Source: Pseudomonadota bacterium (GTDB lineage Archaea > Thermoplasmatota > SW-10-69-26 > JACQPN01 > JAJPHT01). From it: a stretch of 24,060 nucleotides of DNA. Below are positions 7,805 through 15,689 of this stretch, one piece after another. The notes under the pieces were generated by a model. It searched no databases. It was not told where the DNA came from and saw only the letters and a list, made by a program, of their open reading frames with translations. The position numbers and the translations under genes are program-made. Numbering within the stretch: the first letter of the stretch is position 1; each line of letters opens with the position of its first letter. The DNA lies in assembly GCA_021325135.1 (NCBI GenBank), contig JAJPHT010000005.1:1-24060 (forward strand), in the 5' to 3' direction.

Positions 7805-8823
7805 AGGCGCACCTCCGACTGCGCGAGGGCGGAGAGCGCGTCGTCGTGCGTCGCGGCGAGCACGCAGGCGCCCTCGGAGACGCGCCGCGCGATGGCCAGC
7901 GCCAGCGCGCGGCGCCCCTCCGCGTCGAGGTGCGCCTCGGGCTCGTCCAGAAGATAGCAGCGCGCGGGGGAGCCAAGCGCCTTCGCCAGCGCGACGCGCT
8001 GCGCCTCGCCCCCCGAGAGCGTCAGCGGGTGGCGCTCCTGCAGCGCGGGGGGCACGAGGCCAAGGTCCTCCGCGCCGGCGATCTCGTCCGCGACGCGCTC
8101 GCGGGTGAGCATGTCGCGCGCGTGCGGCAGCAGCAGGCGCGTCCCGGGCTCGCGGGCCAGGCGGCGCAGCAGCGTGCTCTTGCCGCACCCGTTGGGGCCC
8201 CGCAGCGCATGGAAGCCGGGGCCCAGCGCGGGGTCCGCGAGGATCGGGGCGCCCTCCCGGCGCGGGATGGGGGGCAGCGCGGCGGGGTGGAGCGGCCCCA
8301 GGTGGACGACGCGCGTCGCGAGGTCGTCGAGGACGTCGCCGTGGTCGGCCGCGACGACGGCCCCCCGCGCCGCGGCGGCCTGCACGAGCGCGCGCAGGCG
8401 GTCGCGCCCTTCGGGGTCGAGCCCCTCGGCGGGCTCGTCGAGAAGGAGGAGCGGCGCGCCCTCGGCCAGCGCCAGGGCGACGCGCCGCGACTCGCCCGAG
8501 GAGAGGGTCGCGCTCTCGCGCTCCTCCAGGGGTGATAGCACGTCGGGCGCGCGGCGGCCGCGCAGGCGGAACTCGCCCCCCACCGTGAGGCCGGCCAGCG
8601 CGTCGCGGGCGTCCTGGGGCGAGAGGGCCAGCGCGTCGCGCAGCGCGCGGGCGGGCAGGGCCGCCGGGTCGGGGCGCAGGAGGGCGGGCCGCAGCGGCGC
8701 GTCGAGGCCCGCCAGCGAGCGCAGGAGGCTCGTCTTCCCGCTGCCGTTGGGGCCGCGCAGGAGGACCACGTCGCCGCGGCTGATCTTGATATCATGGCCA
8801 AGGTAGCCCAGGGCCTCCATCAT
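7801..8823 (-). CDS. Duplicated ABC ATPase (EcfA-A' fusion), unusually short
   Basis: Two complete motif sets: GPNGSGKT / LSSGE / LLLLDEP / ADH and GPNGCGKS / LSGGE / YLLDEP / ATH. ATGA overlap with the regulator's stop codon. Confidence 0.85.
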   Translation of the reverse strand: MMEALGYLGHDIKISRGDVVLLRGPNGSGKTSLLRSLAGLDAPLRPALLRPDPAALPARALRDALALSPQDARDALAGLTVGGEFRLRGRRAPDVLSPLEERESATLSSGESRRVALALAEGAPLLLLDEPAEGLDPEGRDRLRALVQAAAARGAVVAADHGDVLDDLATRVVHLGPLHPAALPPIPRREGAPILADPALGPGFHALRGPNGCGKSTLLRRLAREPGTRLLLPHARDMLTRERVADEIAGAEDLGLVPPALQERHPLTLSGGEAQRVALAKALGSPARCYLLDEPEAHLDAEGRRALALAIARRVSEGACVLAATHDDALSALAQSEVRL

Positions 8824-9638
8824 GCGGGGGCCTCGGGCGCGTCCCACGCGTCCACGGGCACGCGGCGCAGCGTGCCCTGGTTCTGCTCCTCGAAGGCCTG
8901 CATGACCTGGGGGAGGCGGTCGCGGGAGACGAAGAGGCGCGCCGAGAGGCCGCGCTCGGCGGCGTTGAAGGCTGCGCGCTCGGCGGCGAACTCGAAGTGG
9001 ACCTCACCCAGGCGCCGCGCGAGGAGGCGCGCGCCGGTGCCCACGGCGCCCACCTTGTCGGCGCGCGGCATCTCCTTGAGGGCGCCGCGCAGGCGCGGCA
9101 GGTCGACGCGCGCGATGCCGCCCTCCTGCGGGCCGGGGACGGCGACGACGTGGATGCGGCCCGGCTCCAGCTCGACGAGGCCCGCGAGATCACCCACGAC
9201 GACCTCCTCTCCCGCCTCGGCGTCGCGCAGCGCGCGGCCGGTGCTGGAGGCGCGCAGCCGCGCCTTGGCGGCGAGGTCCCCCTCCTGCATGACGAGGCCG
9301 ACGCGATCGCCGGCCTTGATGCGCGTGGCGGCGACGGCGCTGGTGACGCGGATGACCGAGAGCGGCGTCGCGACGGCGTCCACGGCGGCGCGCATCTGGC
9401 GCACGCCCTCGTGGAGCGAGGCGCGCCCCTGGGGCGTCAGCGCGTGCTCCGCGTCCAGCGCGCCCTCGGCGACGAGGTCCTTGGCGTAGGCGGAGACGGC
9501 CTGCACGGTGACGTCCAGGCGCGAGGCGACCTCGGAGAGCGTGACGCCCGGCTCGCGCTCCATCTCGGCGAGGATCAGCAGGCGGGTCACGGCGGCCTTG
9601 TCGCGCAGCAGGCGCGCGCCGGTCGGGGGCGAAGCCAC
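8820..9638 (-). CDS. Archaeal winged-HTH transcriptional regulator (MarR-like N-terminus, COG1497-like) with a C-terminal putative effector domain
   Basis: [45 protein letters not shown]...LTPQG is a wHTH of a family widespread in euryarchaea. First gene of the ECF operon. Confidence 0.8.
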   Translation of the reverse strand: MASPPTGARLLRDKAAVTRLLILAEMEREPGVTLSEVASRLDVTVQAVSAYAKDLVAEGALDAEHALTPQGRASLHEGVRQMRAAVDAVATPLSVIRVTSAVAATRIKAGDRVGLVMQEGDLAAKARLRASSTGRALRDAEAGEEVVVGDLAGLVELEPGRIHVVAVPGPQEGGIARVDLPRLRGALKEMPRADKVGAVGTGARLLARRLGEVHFEFAAERAAFNAAERGLSARLFVSRDRLPQVMQAFEEQNQGTLRRVPVDAWDAPEAPA

Positions 9639-9660
9639 GGGCGGGGAAGGGTTTTTCCGC

Positions 9661-9696
9661 CTTCAACCTTTCCTGAAGTTCATCAACCGGGGTTGA
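9661..9696. promoter_or_regulatory. Candidate operator array in the divergent promoter (regulator-ECF operon versus second DUF4430 gene)
   Basis: TCAA(9663)-N6-CTGA(9673)-N6-TCAA(9683)-N6-TTGA(9693). On the minus strand it ends GAAAGGTTGAAG, about 25 nt upstream of GTG 9638. Confidence 0.6.
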
Positions 9697-9698
9697 GC

Positions 9699-10100
9699 AT
9701 GGGTCGCGCCCGTCTCGCGTTCGCCGTCGCGCTGCTGGCCCTGCTGCTGGGCGGCGCGGGCGCGCTGGCGTGGTGGAGCGCCGTCAGCGCGCCTGCAGGC
9801 GCGGCGCAGGTCCACGTCGAGATCGTCGGCCCCCAGGGCGCGCTGTTCAACGGGACCGTGCGCGTCGCCAATGCGACGGCGCTCAGCGCGCTCCAGGAGG
9901 CGGCGCGCGCCGGCAACCTCACGGTGGAGGTCGTCGAGTACCCCGGCATGGGCGCCTACGTGAGCCGCATCGGCCCATACTCCGCGCACGGCGGCGCGGG
10001 CTGGGTCTACGAGGTGGACGGCGTCTCCGGCGACCGCAGCGCGGCGCGCCTGCCGCTCCACGATGGGGACTCGCTCCGCTGGAGCTGGACCGATGGGTAG
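9699..10100 (+). CDS. Membrane-anchored DUF4430 / transcobalamin-like beta-domain protein
   Basis: From ATG 9699 (133 aa): N-terminal TM helix, then TALSALQEAA, YPGMGAYVSRIG, GWVYEVDG....SAA...LHDGDSLRW. Confidence 0.8.
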   Translation: MGRARLAFAVALLALLLGGAGALAWWSAVSAPAGAAQVHVEIVGPQGALFNGTVRVANATALSALQEAARAGNLTVEVVEYPGMGAYVSRIGPYSAHGGAGWVYEVDGVSGDRSAARLPLHDGDSLRWSWTDG

Positions 10101-11166
10101 GCCCCTCGTCCTCGCGCTCCTGGCGCTCCTCCTGGCGGGCTGCGCGCGCACGGGGCCCGTCGCCACGGTGACCCCGCCCACCGCCGCGCCCGCGGCCTTC
10201 GCGCTCCGGGAGGTGGCCTCCGGCTTCGAGGAGCCGCTTCTCCTCGTGAGCGCGCACGACGGGACGGGCACGCTCTACGTCGTCGAGCAGACGGGCCGCG
10301 TCTGGACCCTGGACCACCGACTCTTCCTGAACCTCAGCGGCAAGACGGCGCCCGGCGGCGAGCGCGGGCTCCTGGGCCTCGCGTTCGCGCCCGACTTCGC
10401 CGCAAGCGGCGTCGTCTACGCCAGCTACACCGACCTCAACGGGGACTCCATCCTGGAACGATATCACACGCGCGGCGACGCGCCGCCCGACCTGGTCCTC
10501 AAGGTGGACCAGCCCTACCCGAACCACAACGGAGGGGACGTCGTCTTCGGGCCCGACGGGTGGCTCTGGTACGGGCTGGGGGACGGCGGCTCGGGGGGCG
10601 ATCCCCAGGCCAACGGGCAGAACCCCGACGCGCTGCTGGCGTCCCTGCTGCGCCTCGACGTGTCGCACGGCAACGCCACGCCCGAGATCTGGGCGAAGGG
10701 CCTGCGCAACCCGTGGCGCTTCTCCTTCGACCGCGCCAACGGCGACCTCTGGATCGGCGACGTGGGGCAGGACCGGTGGGAGGAGATCGACCACGTCGCC
10801 GCGCCGCTTCGCCCCGGCCTCAACTTCGGCTGGAACGCCTACGAGGGCAACCATGCATACCCCGGCGGCGTGCCTCCGTTCTCCGCCGTGACGCCGCCCG
10901 TTGCGGAGTATTCCCACGACGAGGGCTGCTCCGTCACCGGCGGCTACGTCTACCGCGGCGCCGCGATCCCCTCCCTCGTGGGCGCGTACCTCTTCAGCGA
11001 CTACTGCTCGGGTCACCTCTGGACGCTGCGCCCCTCGGGGAGCGACTGGAGCCTCGCGCAGCCCCTGGACGCGGGCGCCTCCGTCTCCTCCTTCGGCGAG
11101 GACGACGCGGGCGAGCTGTACGTCGTGGACCACGGCGGGCGCATCCTCAAGATCGTGCCCGGGTGA
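10093..11166 (+). CDS. PQQ-dependent sugar dehydrogenase (glucose/sorbosone dehydrogenase family) lipoprotein
   Basis: Lipobox LLAGC; GGERGLLGLAFAPDF, NHNGG.V.FGPDG.L, GLRNPWRFSFD, DVGQDRWEEID, SFGED..GELYVVD. Start at ATG 10093. Confidence 0.9.
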   Translation: MGRPLVLALLALLLAGCARTGPVATVTPPTAAPAAFALREVASGFEEPLLLVSAHDGTGTLYVVEQTGRVWTLDHRLFLNLSGKTAPGGERGLLGLAFAPDFAASGVVYASYTDLNGDSILERYHTRGDAPPDLVLKVDQPYPNHNGGDVVFGPDGWLWYGLGDGGSGGDPQANGQNPDALLASLLRLDVSHGNATPEIWAKGLRNPWRFSFDRANGDLWIGDVGQDRWEEIDHVAAPLRPGLNFGWNAYEGNHAYPGGVPPFSAVTPPVAEYSHDEGCSVTGGYVYRGAAIPSLVGAYLFSDYCSGHLWTLRPSGSDWSLAQPLDAGASVSSFGEDDAGELYVVDHGGRILKIVPG

Positions 11167-11185
11167 GGCGGGCTCCTTCTCGCTT

Positions 11186-11216
11186 CTTTTGCTGGGGGCG
11201 GAGCCCCCAGCAAAAG
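11186..11216. terminator. Perfect hairpin between convergent genes (bidirectional terminator-like / REP-like)
   Basis: CTTTTGCTGGGGG-CGGAG-CCCCCAGCAAAAG, a 13-bp perfect stem. Confidence 0.6.
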
Positions 11217-11245
11217 CAAGAAGGCAAAAGAGCGCGACCGCCGCG

Positions 11246-11506
11246 TCAGACGATCGCACCCACCACCGCCCCCGCCGCGGCGAGCCCCGCCGCGACGTAG
11301 AGCGTGGGCTCCGGCAGGCGCAGCGCCACGATGAGGAGCATCGCCAAGGGGAGCGCGAAGAGGACGCCGTGCGCCGCGGCGGCGACCGACCCGTTGTGGT
11401 GGTGGAGCGCGGGGTCGACGACGCTCAGCGCGTTGAGGCCGAGGCCGGTGAGCAGGCCCAGGGTGGCGAACGCGGCGGGCCAGCCCACGGGGAGCGGCTC
11501 CGTCAT
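11246..11506 (-). CDS. Small membrane protein (~3 TM), translationally coupled to moaA
   Basis: 86 aa, hydrophobic; ATGA overlap with the moaA stop; HHH in the first loop. Confidence 0.6.
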   Translation of the reverse strand: MTEPLPVGWPAAFATLGLLTGLGLNALSVVDPALHHHNGSVAAAAHGVLFALPLAMLLIVALRLPEPTLYVAAGLAAAGAVVGAIV

Positions 11507-12477
11507 CGCAGCGCGGGCCTCCGCAGGCTCGCGTAGAGGTGGTGCGGGTCCGCGGCCGCGCGCACGGGCCCGTCGCGGCGGTAGTAGGGCGCGCGCTCGG
11601 CCACGACCTTGCGGAACGCGGCGCGCAGGCCCTCGTCATCGAGCCCGCGCGTGGGCACGTAGTCGTCCAGCCGGTTGAGGCACCCCTTGAGCTGGCCGTC
11701 GTGCGTCACGCGCACGCGATGGCAGTTCGCGCAGAAGTCGGGGTTCCCCACCGGATCGACAAGCTCCACCGTCGCCCCATTCTCCAGGTGGTAGACGTGG
11801 CGGTGGTGCATGGTGCGCTGCTCCACCGCGGCGGCGCGCTCCGAGAGCCATGCGCGCACCTTGTCGAGGTCCACGCGGCGCGGCATCATGTCGGTGCGGA
11901 TCTCCGGCATGACCTCGATGAGCTGGAGGTGCAGGCCCTTGCGCGACGCGACGAAGTCCACGAGCTCGGGAAGCTCGCCCAGCGTCTCGTCCAGGAGCAC
12001 CGTGTTGATCTTCACGGGCGCGAGGCCGGCGGCCAGCGCGGCTTCGAGCCCCGCGAGGACGGGCTCCAGGGTGCCGCGGCGCACGGCGCGGAAGTGGCGC
12101 GCGTCCAGCGTGTCGATGCTGACGTTCACGCGCGCGAGGCCCGCGTCGGCGAGCGCCTGCGCGCGGGGCGCGAGGAGGCTCCCGTTGGTGGTGAGGCTGA
12201 CCTCCATGAACGTGGAGGCCTCGCGCACGATGTCCTCCAGGTCGCGCCGCAGCAGGGGCTCGCCCCCCGTGAGCTTCACCCGGGTGACGTCGAACTCCCG
12301 GGCGATGCGCAGGAGCCTCACGAGCTCCGCGGCCGTCATCTCGCCCTGCGCGGGGTCGCCCGGCCCGCGCGTGTCGCCCAGCCCCTCGTTGTGGCAGTAG
12401 ACGCACGCGAAGTTGCACCGGTCCGTGAGGCTGACCCGGAGGTCGCTCACGTGGCGGCCGAACGAGTCGACCAGCAT
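11503..12477 (-). CDS. moaA: GTP 3',8-cyclase MoaA (molybdenum cofactor biosynthesis)
   Basis: LVDSFGR...LRVSLTDRCNFACVYC (CX3CX2C), KLTGGEPLLR, SLTTNG, RVNVSIDTL, VKINTV, C-terminal CX2CX13C (FCANCHRVRVTHDGQLKGCL). Start trimmed to ATG 12477. Confidence 0.95.
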   Translation of the reverse strand: MLVDSFGRHVSDLRVSLTDRCNFACVYCHNEGLGDTRGPGDPAQGEMTAAELVRLLRIAREFDVTRVKLTGGEPLLRRDLEDIVREASTFMEVSLTTNGSLLAPRAQALADAGLARVNVSIDTLDARHFRAVRRGTLEPVLAGLEAALAAGLAPVKINTVLLDETLGELPELVDFVASRKGLHLQLIEVMPEIRTDMMPRRVDLDKVRAWLSERAAAVEQRTMHHRHVYHLENGATVELVDPVGNPDFCANCHRVRVTHDGQLKGCLNRLDDYVPTRGLDDEGLRAAFRKVVAERAPYYRRDGPVRAAADPHHLYASLRRPALR

Positions 12478-12542
12478 GCGCTCGGTGCGGGGCGGGTCCA
12501 CGCCTCCGCGACGGGCCGCCTCGCTCTTGGCGCTTTGCCTAA

Positions 12543-12630
12543 GGGGGTTCGGGGGGCGAAGCCCCCTGACGTGAAGGAACGTCACGCAGACGATCAAAAC
12601 GTCAGGGGGGCGGGCCCCCCTGAAACCCCC
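12543..12630. repeat. Inverted pair of REP-like GC-rich palindromic units
   Basis: GGGGGTTCGGGGGGCGAAGCCCCCTGACGT (12543-12572) and its imperfect inverse ACGTCAGGGGGGCGGGCCCCCCTGAAACCCCC (12599-12630). Each unit is itself a hairpin. Confidence 0.7.
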
Positions 12631-12655
12631 CATCTTGCGCGCGACGGGCAGTGCT

Positions 12656-12796
12656 CTACGGCCCGCCCGCGGGGTACTTCTCCATGACGCGTCGCCGCGA
12701 CTCGTCCTGGCTCATGTCGTGCTCCTCCACGTTGTGGAGGATGAGCTCCTCCCTCGTCTCGAAGGCGTCGCCGCAGAAGCACTCGAACTCGGCCAT
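12656..12796 (-). CDS. 46-aa C2H2-type zinc-finger microprotein
   Basis: Manual translation: MAEFECFCGDAFETREELILHNVEEHDMSQDESRRRVMEKYPAGGP*. F-x-C-x-C-x3-F-x5-L-x2-H-x4-H pattern; GC3-rich codons. Below the ORF-track length cutoff. Confidence 0.7.
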   Translation of the reverse strand: MAEFECFCGDAFETREELILHNVEEHDMSQDESRRRVMEKYPAGGP

Positions 12797-12850
12797 GCGC
12801 GGGGGGAGCTTGCAAGGGGGTTAGACCCTTGTCGCCCGCCCATCGCTGCC

Positions 12851-13123
12851 CTACTTGACGCGGCGCGAGTGGGTGAGGTTGTACTCGCGGAAGAGCGCCT
12901 CGCCGATGACCTGCTCCGCCTCGCTGGCGTGGCGGTTGCGGAAGAGGCGCACCACGTCCTCCTCGGGGAGGTGGGGGCACTCGTTGAGGATGAGGTTGTA
13001 GATGTCGTTGGCCCAGTCGGAGGCCTGGATGGTCTTCAGGCCGTCGCGGTACTGGCGCTCCAGCACGGTCTCGGCGATCGACTTCGCCCGCTCGGTGGGC
13101 GGCCGGGGGTCGAGGGCGGCCAT
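12851..13123 (-). CDS. Small helical hypothetical protein (90 aa)
   Basis: MAALDPRPPTERAKSIAETVLERQY...; normal amino-acid composition and host-like codon usage. Confidence 0.65.
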   Translation of the reverse strand: MAALDPRPPTERAKSIAETVLERQYRDGLKTIQASDWANDIYNLILNECPHLPEEDVVRLFRNRHASEAEQVIGEALFREYNLTHSRRVK

Positions 13124-13267
13124 GCCTCGACCTACAGCCATCCGGTGCAAAAACGTTCGCGAACTCCAGCGGCCAGGCGGCCGGACATGGCCGATCCTCA
13201 CTGGTGGTGATCCGGAATCAGGTTACGGGACGTAACCTTCATCTCGGTGGGCGCCTACCCCCGACCG

Positions 13268-13660
13268 ATGCCCCTCCGGCGCCCCCCGGCCGTGACCTCC
13301 CGGCCCAAGGTCGACCTCTGCCCCGTCACCGAGACGGCGAAGATCATCGGCAAGAAGTGGTACCTCATCATCCTCCACGAGCTGACGCGCACCCCCATGG
13401 GGTTCAACGAGCTCAAGCGCGCCGTGCGCGGCATCAGCGCCAAGGTCCTCAGCGAGAACCTCGGCGAGCTTGAGGCGCGCGGCCTCGTCACGCGCACCGT
13501 CTACAGCGAGAGCCCCATCCGCGTCGAGTACGGCCTCACCGACAAGGGGCGCGAGCTGGACGGCATCTTCCTCAGCATGCGCGTCTGGGGCGAGAAGTGG
13601 GCCATCTGCTTCGACGAGGGCGAGATGAGCGAGGCCCCCGTCGCCGTCCGCACCCCCTGA
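13268..13660 (+). CDS. HxlR-family winged-HTH transcriptional regulator
   Basis: CPV..TAKIIGKKWYLIILHEL...GFNELKRAV.GISAKVLSENLGELE..GLVTR.VY...PIRVEYGLTDKG.EL. Start uncertain (13247, 13268 or slightly later). Confidence 0.92.
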   Translation: MPLRRPPAVTSRPKVDLCPVTETAKIIGKKWYLIILHELTRTPMGFNELKRAVRGISAKVLSENLGELEARGLVTRTVYSESPIRVEYGLTDKGRELDGIFLSMRVWGEKWAICFDEGEMSEAPVAVRTP

Positions 13661-13717
13661 GCGCCATCGACGAGCCGGCGGGAGCCCTCACGTCCGGGTG
13701 CCCCCTTCCTCCCGCCC

Positions 13718-14614
13718 GTGCGCGGCGCCCTCCTTACCCTCCCCCTTCTGGCCAGCCTGGTCCTCGCCGGATGCGCGGCCCCGGACCAGGCGCCCAGCGA
13801 GTCCACGGCCCCGACCAACGACTCGGCCAACGTCACGGCCACCCCCGAGGCGCCCCCCGCCGCGACGCCAAGCCCCACCCCTGCTGAGCCCACGCCTACC
13901 GAGCCCACACCCGCGGAGCCCACGCCGACGCCCACGCCTGAGTTGACCCCGACACCTGAGCCGGCTCCAACGCCGGAGCCGACCCCGACGCCGCCGCCTC
14001 CCCCGTCCACGCCGCCGACGCCGCCCCCCTCGCCCGCGCCCTCGACGCCTCCAGCACCCCCGGCTCCCCCGCCTCCGCCCCCCTCGTGGCCCCGCGCGGG
14101 GAGCTTCGTGGCGTACCACGTCCGGGGCGGGGAGGACAGCCCGGATGGCTGCTGCGGGAAGGAGTACGACGCCAACGTCACGCTGCGCTACGACGGCGCC
14201 TCCTGGCGCGGCGTGTGCACGATCTCCGAGCGGAGCTTCCAGCCGGTGGACCACTCCACGGGCTGGCCGCCTTACGCGTGGAACAACACGACCCGCACCG
14301 CGCCCGTCGCCTTCGAGCCCTTGCGCGCGCCCACCAACGTCTCGGTGGGCGACGCGCCGCCCTTCTCCACCCTGTCGGGCTGCGACTCGCTCACCGACCA
14401 GGAGAACTGGACCATCGTGGAGCGCACGACGCACACGGCGCCGCGCCAGGCGGACGGCAGCGACGCTTGGCACGCCCAGTTCCGCCCCGTCTGGCCCGAG
14501 GAGGGCGACGCGTGGTGGGACGTCAAGACGGGCCTCCTCCTCGCGTGGGACGACCAGCTCCACTACGGCGGCGACCACGGGTGGATGGTGGACACGGACG
14601 CGCCGCTCTCCTGA
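13718..14614 (+). CDS. Pro/Thr-rich lipoprotein with a C-terminal Trp/Cys-rich domain
   Basis: Lipobox VLAGC; ~85-aa PT/PE/PP low-complexity linker; C-terminal domain with AWWDVKTGLLLAW. Confidence 0.75.
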   Translation: MRGALLTLPLLASLVLAGCAAPDQAPSESTAPTNDSANVTATPEAPPAATPSPTPAEPTPTEPTPAEPTPTPTPELTPTPEPAPTPEPTPTPPPPPSTPPTPPPSPAPSTPPAPPAPPPPPPSWPRAGSFVAYHVRGGEDSPDGCCGKEYDANVTLRYDGASWRGVCTISERSFQPVDHSTGWPPYAWNNTTRTAPVAFEPLRAPTNVSVGDAPPFSTLSGCDSLTDQENWTIVERTTHTAPRQADGSDAWHAQFRPVWPEEGDAWWDVKTGLLLAWDDQLHYGGDHGWMVDTDAPLS

Positions 14615-14660
14615 GCGGACGACCAAAGGGGTTTTCCACGCGGGGCGCCAACCGGAGGGC

Positions 14661-14828
14661 ATGCCCAAGCTTCCCACCAAGGACCCCGAGTTCCCCGAGC
14701 TGACGAAGCTGCGCGACCAGGACCGCCAGGAGCACGTCCGGCGCGCCATGGCCGCGGGCATGAGCCGCGAGGAGGCCGAGCGGCACGCGGACGAGGACTT
14801 AAGAGAGCGCGACGACTCGCACCCGTGA
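14661..14828 (+). CDS. 55-aa charged hypothetical protein
   Basis: GGAGG then ATG 14661: MPKLPTKDPEFPELTKLRDQDRQEHVRRAMAAGMSREEAERHADEDLRERDDSHP*. Its stop overlaps the next start (GTGATG). Confidence 0.65.
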   Translation: MPKLPTKDPEFPELTKLRDQDRQEHVRRAMAAGMSREEAERHADEDLRERDDSHP

Positions 14829-15445
14829 TGGCCTTCCAGTGCCCGCCCGACTGCGGGTGGTGCTGCACGCACCTCACGCGCGAGGTGCCCCCGGAGGAGG
14901 CTGCCTCGACGCGGGCGTTCCGCGCCGCGCTGCGCGACCTGGGCGTCTACCACTGCGGAGACGCGGTGACGACGGGGCTCTCCCTCTCCAACGCCGAGGC
15001 CGAGCGCTTCCGCGGCGTCGCGGCGCAGCGCGGCGTCCGCGCGGCGATGCACCCGCGCACGTTCCTCCTGGAGACGCGCCGCCGCCTCGCGGTGGTCCTC
15101 GACTGGCACTTCCCGCACGCGGTGTGCCCGTTCTACGAAAGTTATCAATGCACCGTCTACCACGACCGGCCGCTGGTGTGCCGCGCGTTCCCGGTCATGG
15201 TGGCGACGCCGCTCTCGCTGGCGCCCCAGTGCCCCAAGGTGCCCGCGCCCCGCAGCGCGCTGCGTGTCGAGGTGCGGGCGCGCAACGCCATCGAGCGCGC
15301 GCACGCCGCCATAGACGAGGGCGCCATGCGCGCGCTGGACCGGGGGCGCTTCGCCCTGGGGCTCGCGCCGGCCGAGGCGTCGCGCCGCGCGCGCCGCTAC
15401 CGGGTGGTCGCGCTGGAGGCGTTCCTGGGTGAGCAGCCCGCGTGA
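14825..15445 (+). CDS. YkgJ-family cysteine-cluster (CxxCxxCC) protein
   Basis: FQCPPDCGWCC...CPFYESYQCTVYHDRPLVCRAFP...CP. Confidence 0.88.
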   Translation: MMAFQCPPDCGWCCTHLTREVPPEEAASTRAFRAALRDLGVYHCGDAVTTGLSLSNAEAERFRGVAAQRGVRAAMHPRTFLLETRRRLAVVLDWHFPHAVCPFYESYQCTVYHDRPLVCRAFPVMVATPLSLAPQCPKVPAPRSALRVEVRARNAIERAHAAIDEGAMRALDRGRFALGLAPAEASRRARRYRVVALEAFLGEQPA

Positions 15446-15689
15446 CGTCCTCAACTGGCTGAAGTGGCACGAGCGGGCGCTCGCCGAGGCCGAGATCGCC
15501 TACGTGCACCGCGGAGCGCCGGGGGACGAGCGCGTCGTGTCCGGCGCGGAGGTGCGCGAGGTGGGCTCGTGGGCCTTCGTCCTGGGCGAGGGCCCGCGCG
15601 AGGCGACGATCCCCTACCACCGCGTGCTGCGGATCACGCGGCGGGGGGAGCTGCTCTGGGAGCGGCGCGGAGCGGGCCTCACGCCTTGA
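15429..15689 (+). CDS. DUF504 / UPF0248 small archaeal protein (putative RNA-binding)
   Basis: PRDVLN.LKW..., YVHRGAPGD, IPYHRVLRI...GELLWER motifs. Confidence 0.88.
   Translation: MSSPRDVLNWLKWHERALAEAEIAYVHRGAPGDERVVSGAEVREVGSWAFVLGEGPREATIPYHRVLRITRRGELLWERRGAGLTP

Noticed and set aside
12478-12655. Moco riboswitch upstream of moaA
   Set aside because: I could not match the Moco RNA motif; the structure is better explained as an inverted repeat doublet.
13840-14085. Tandem repeat or CRISPR-like periodicity
   Set aside because: It encodes the Pro/Thr linker of a lipoprotein; there is no repeat-spacer structure.
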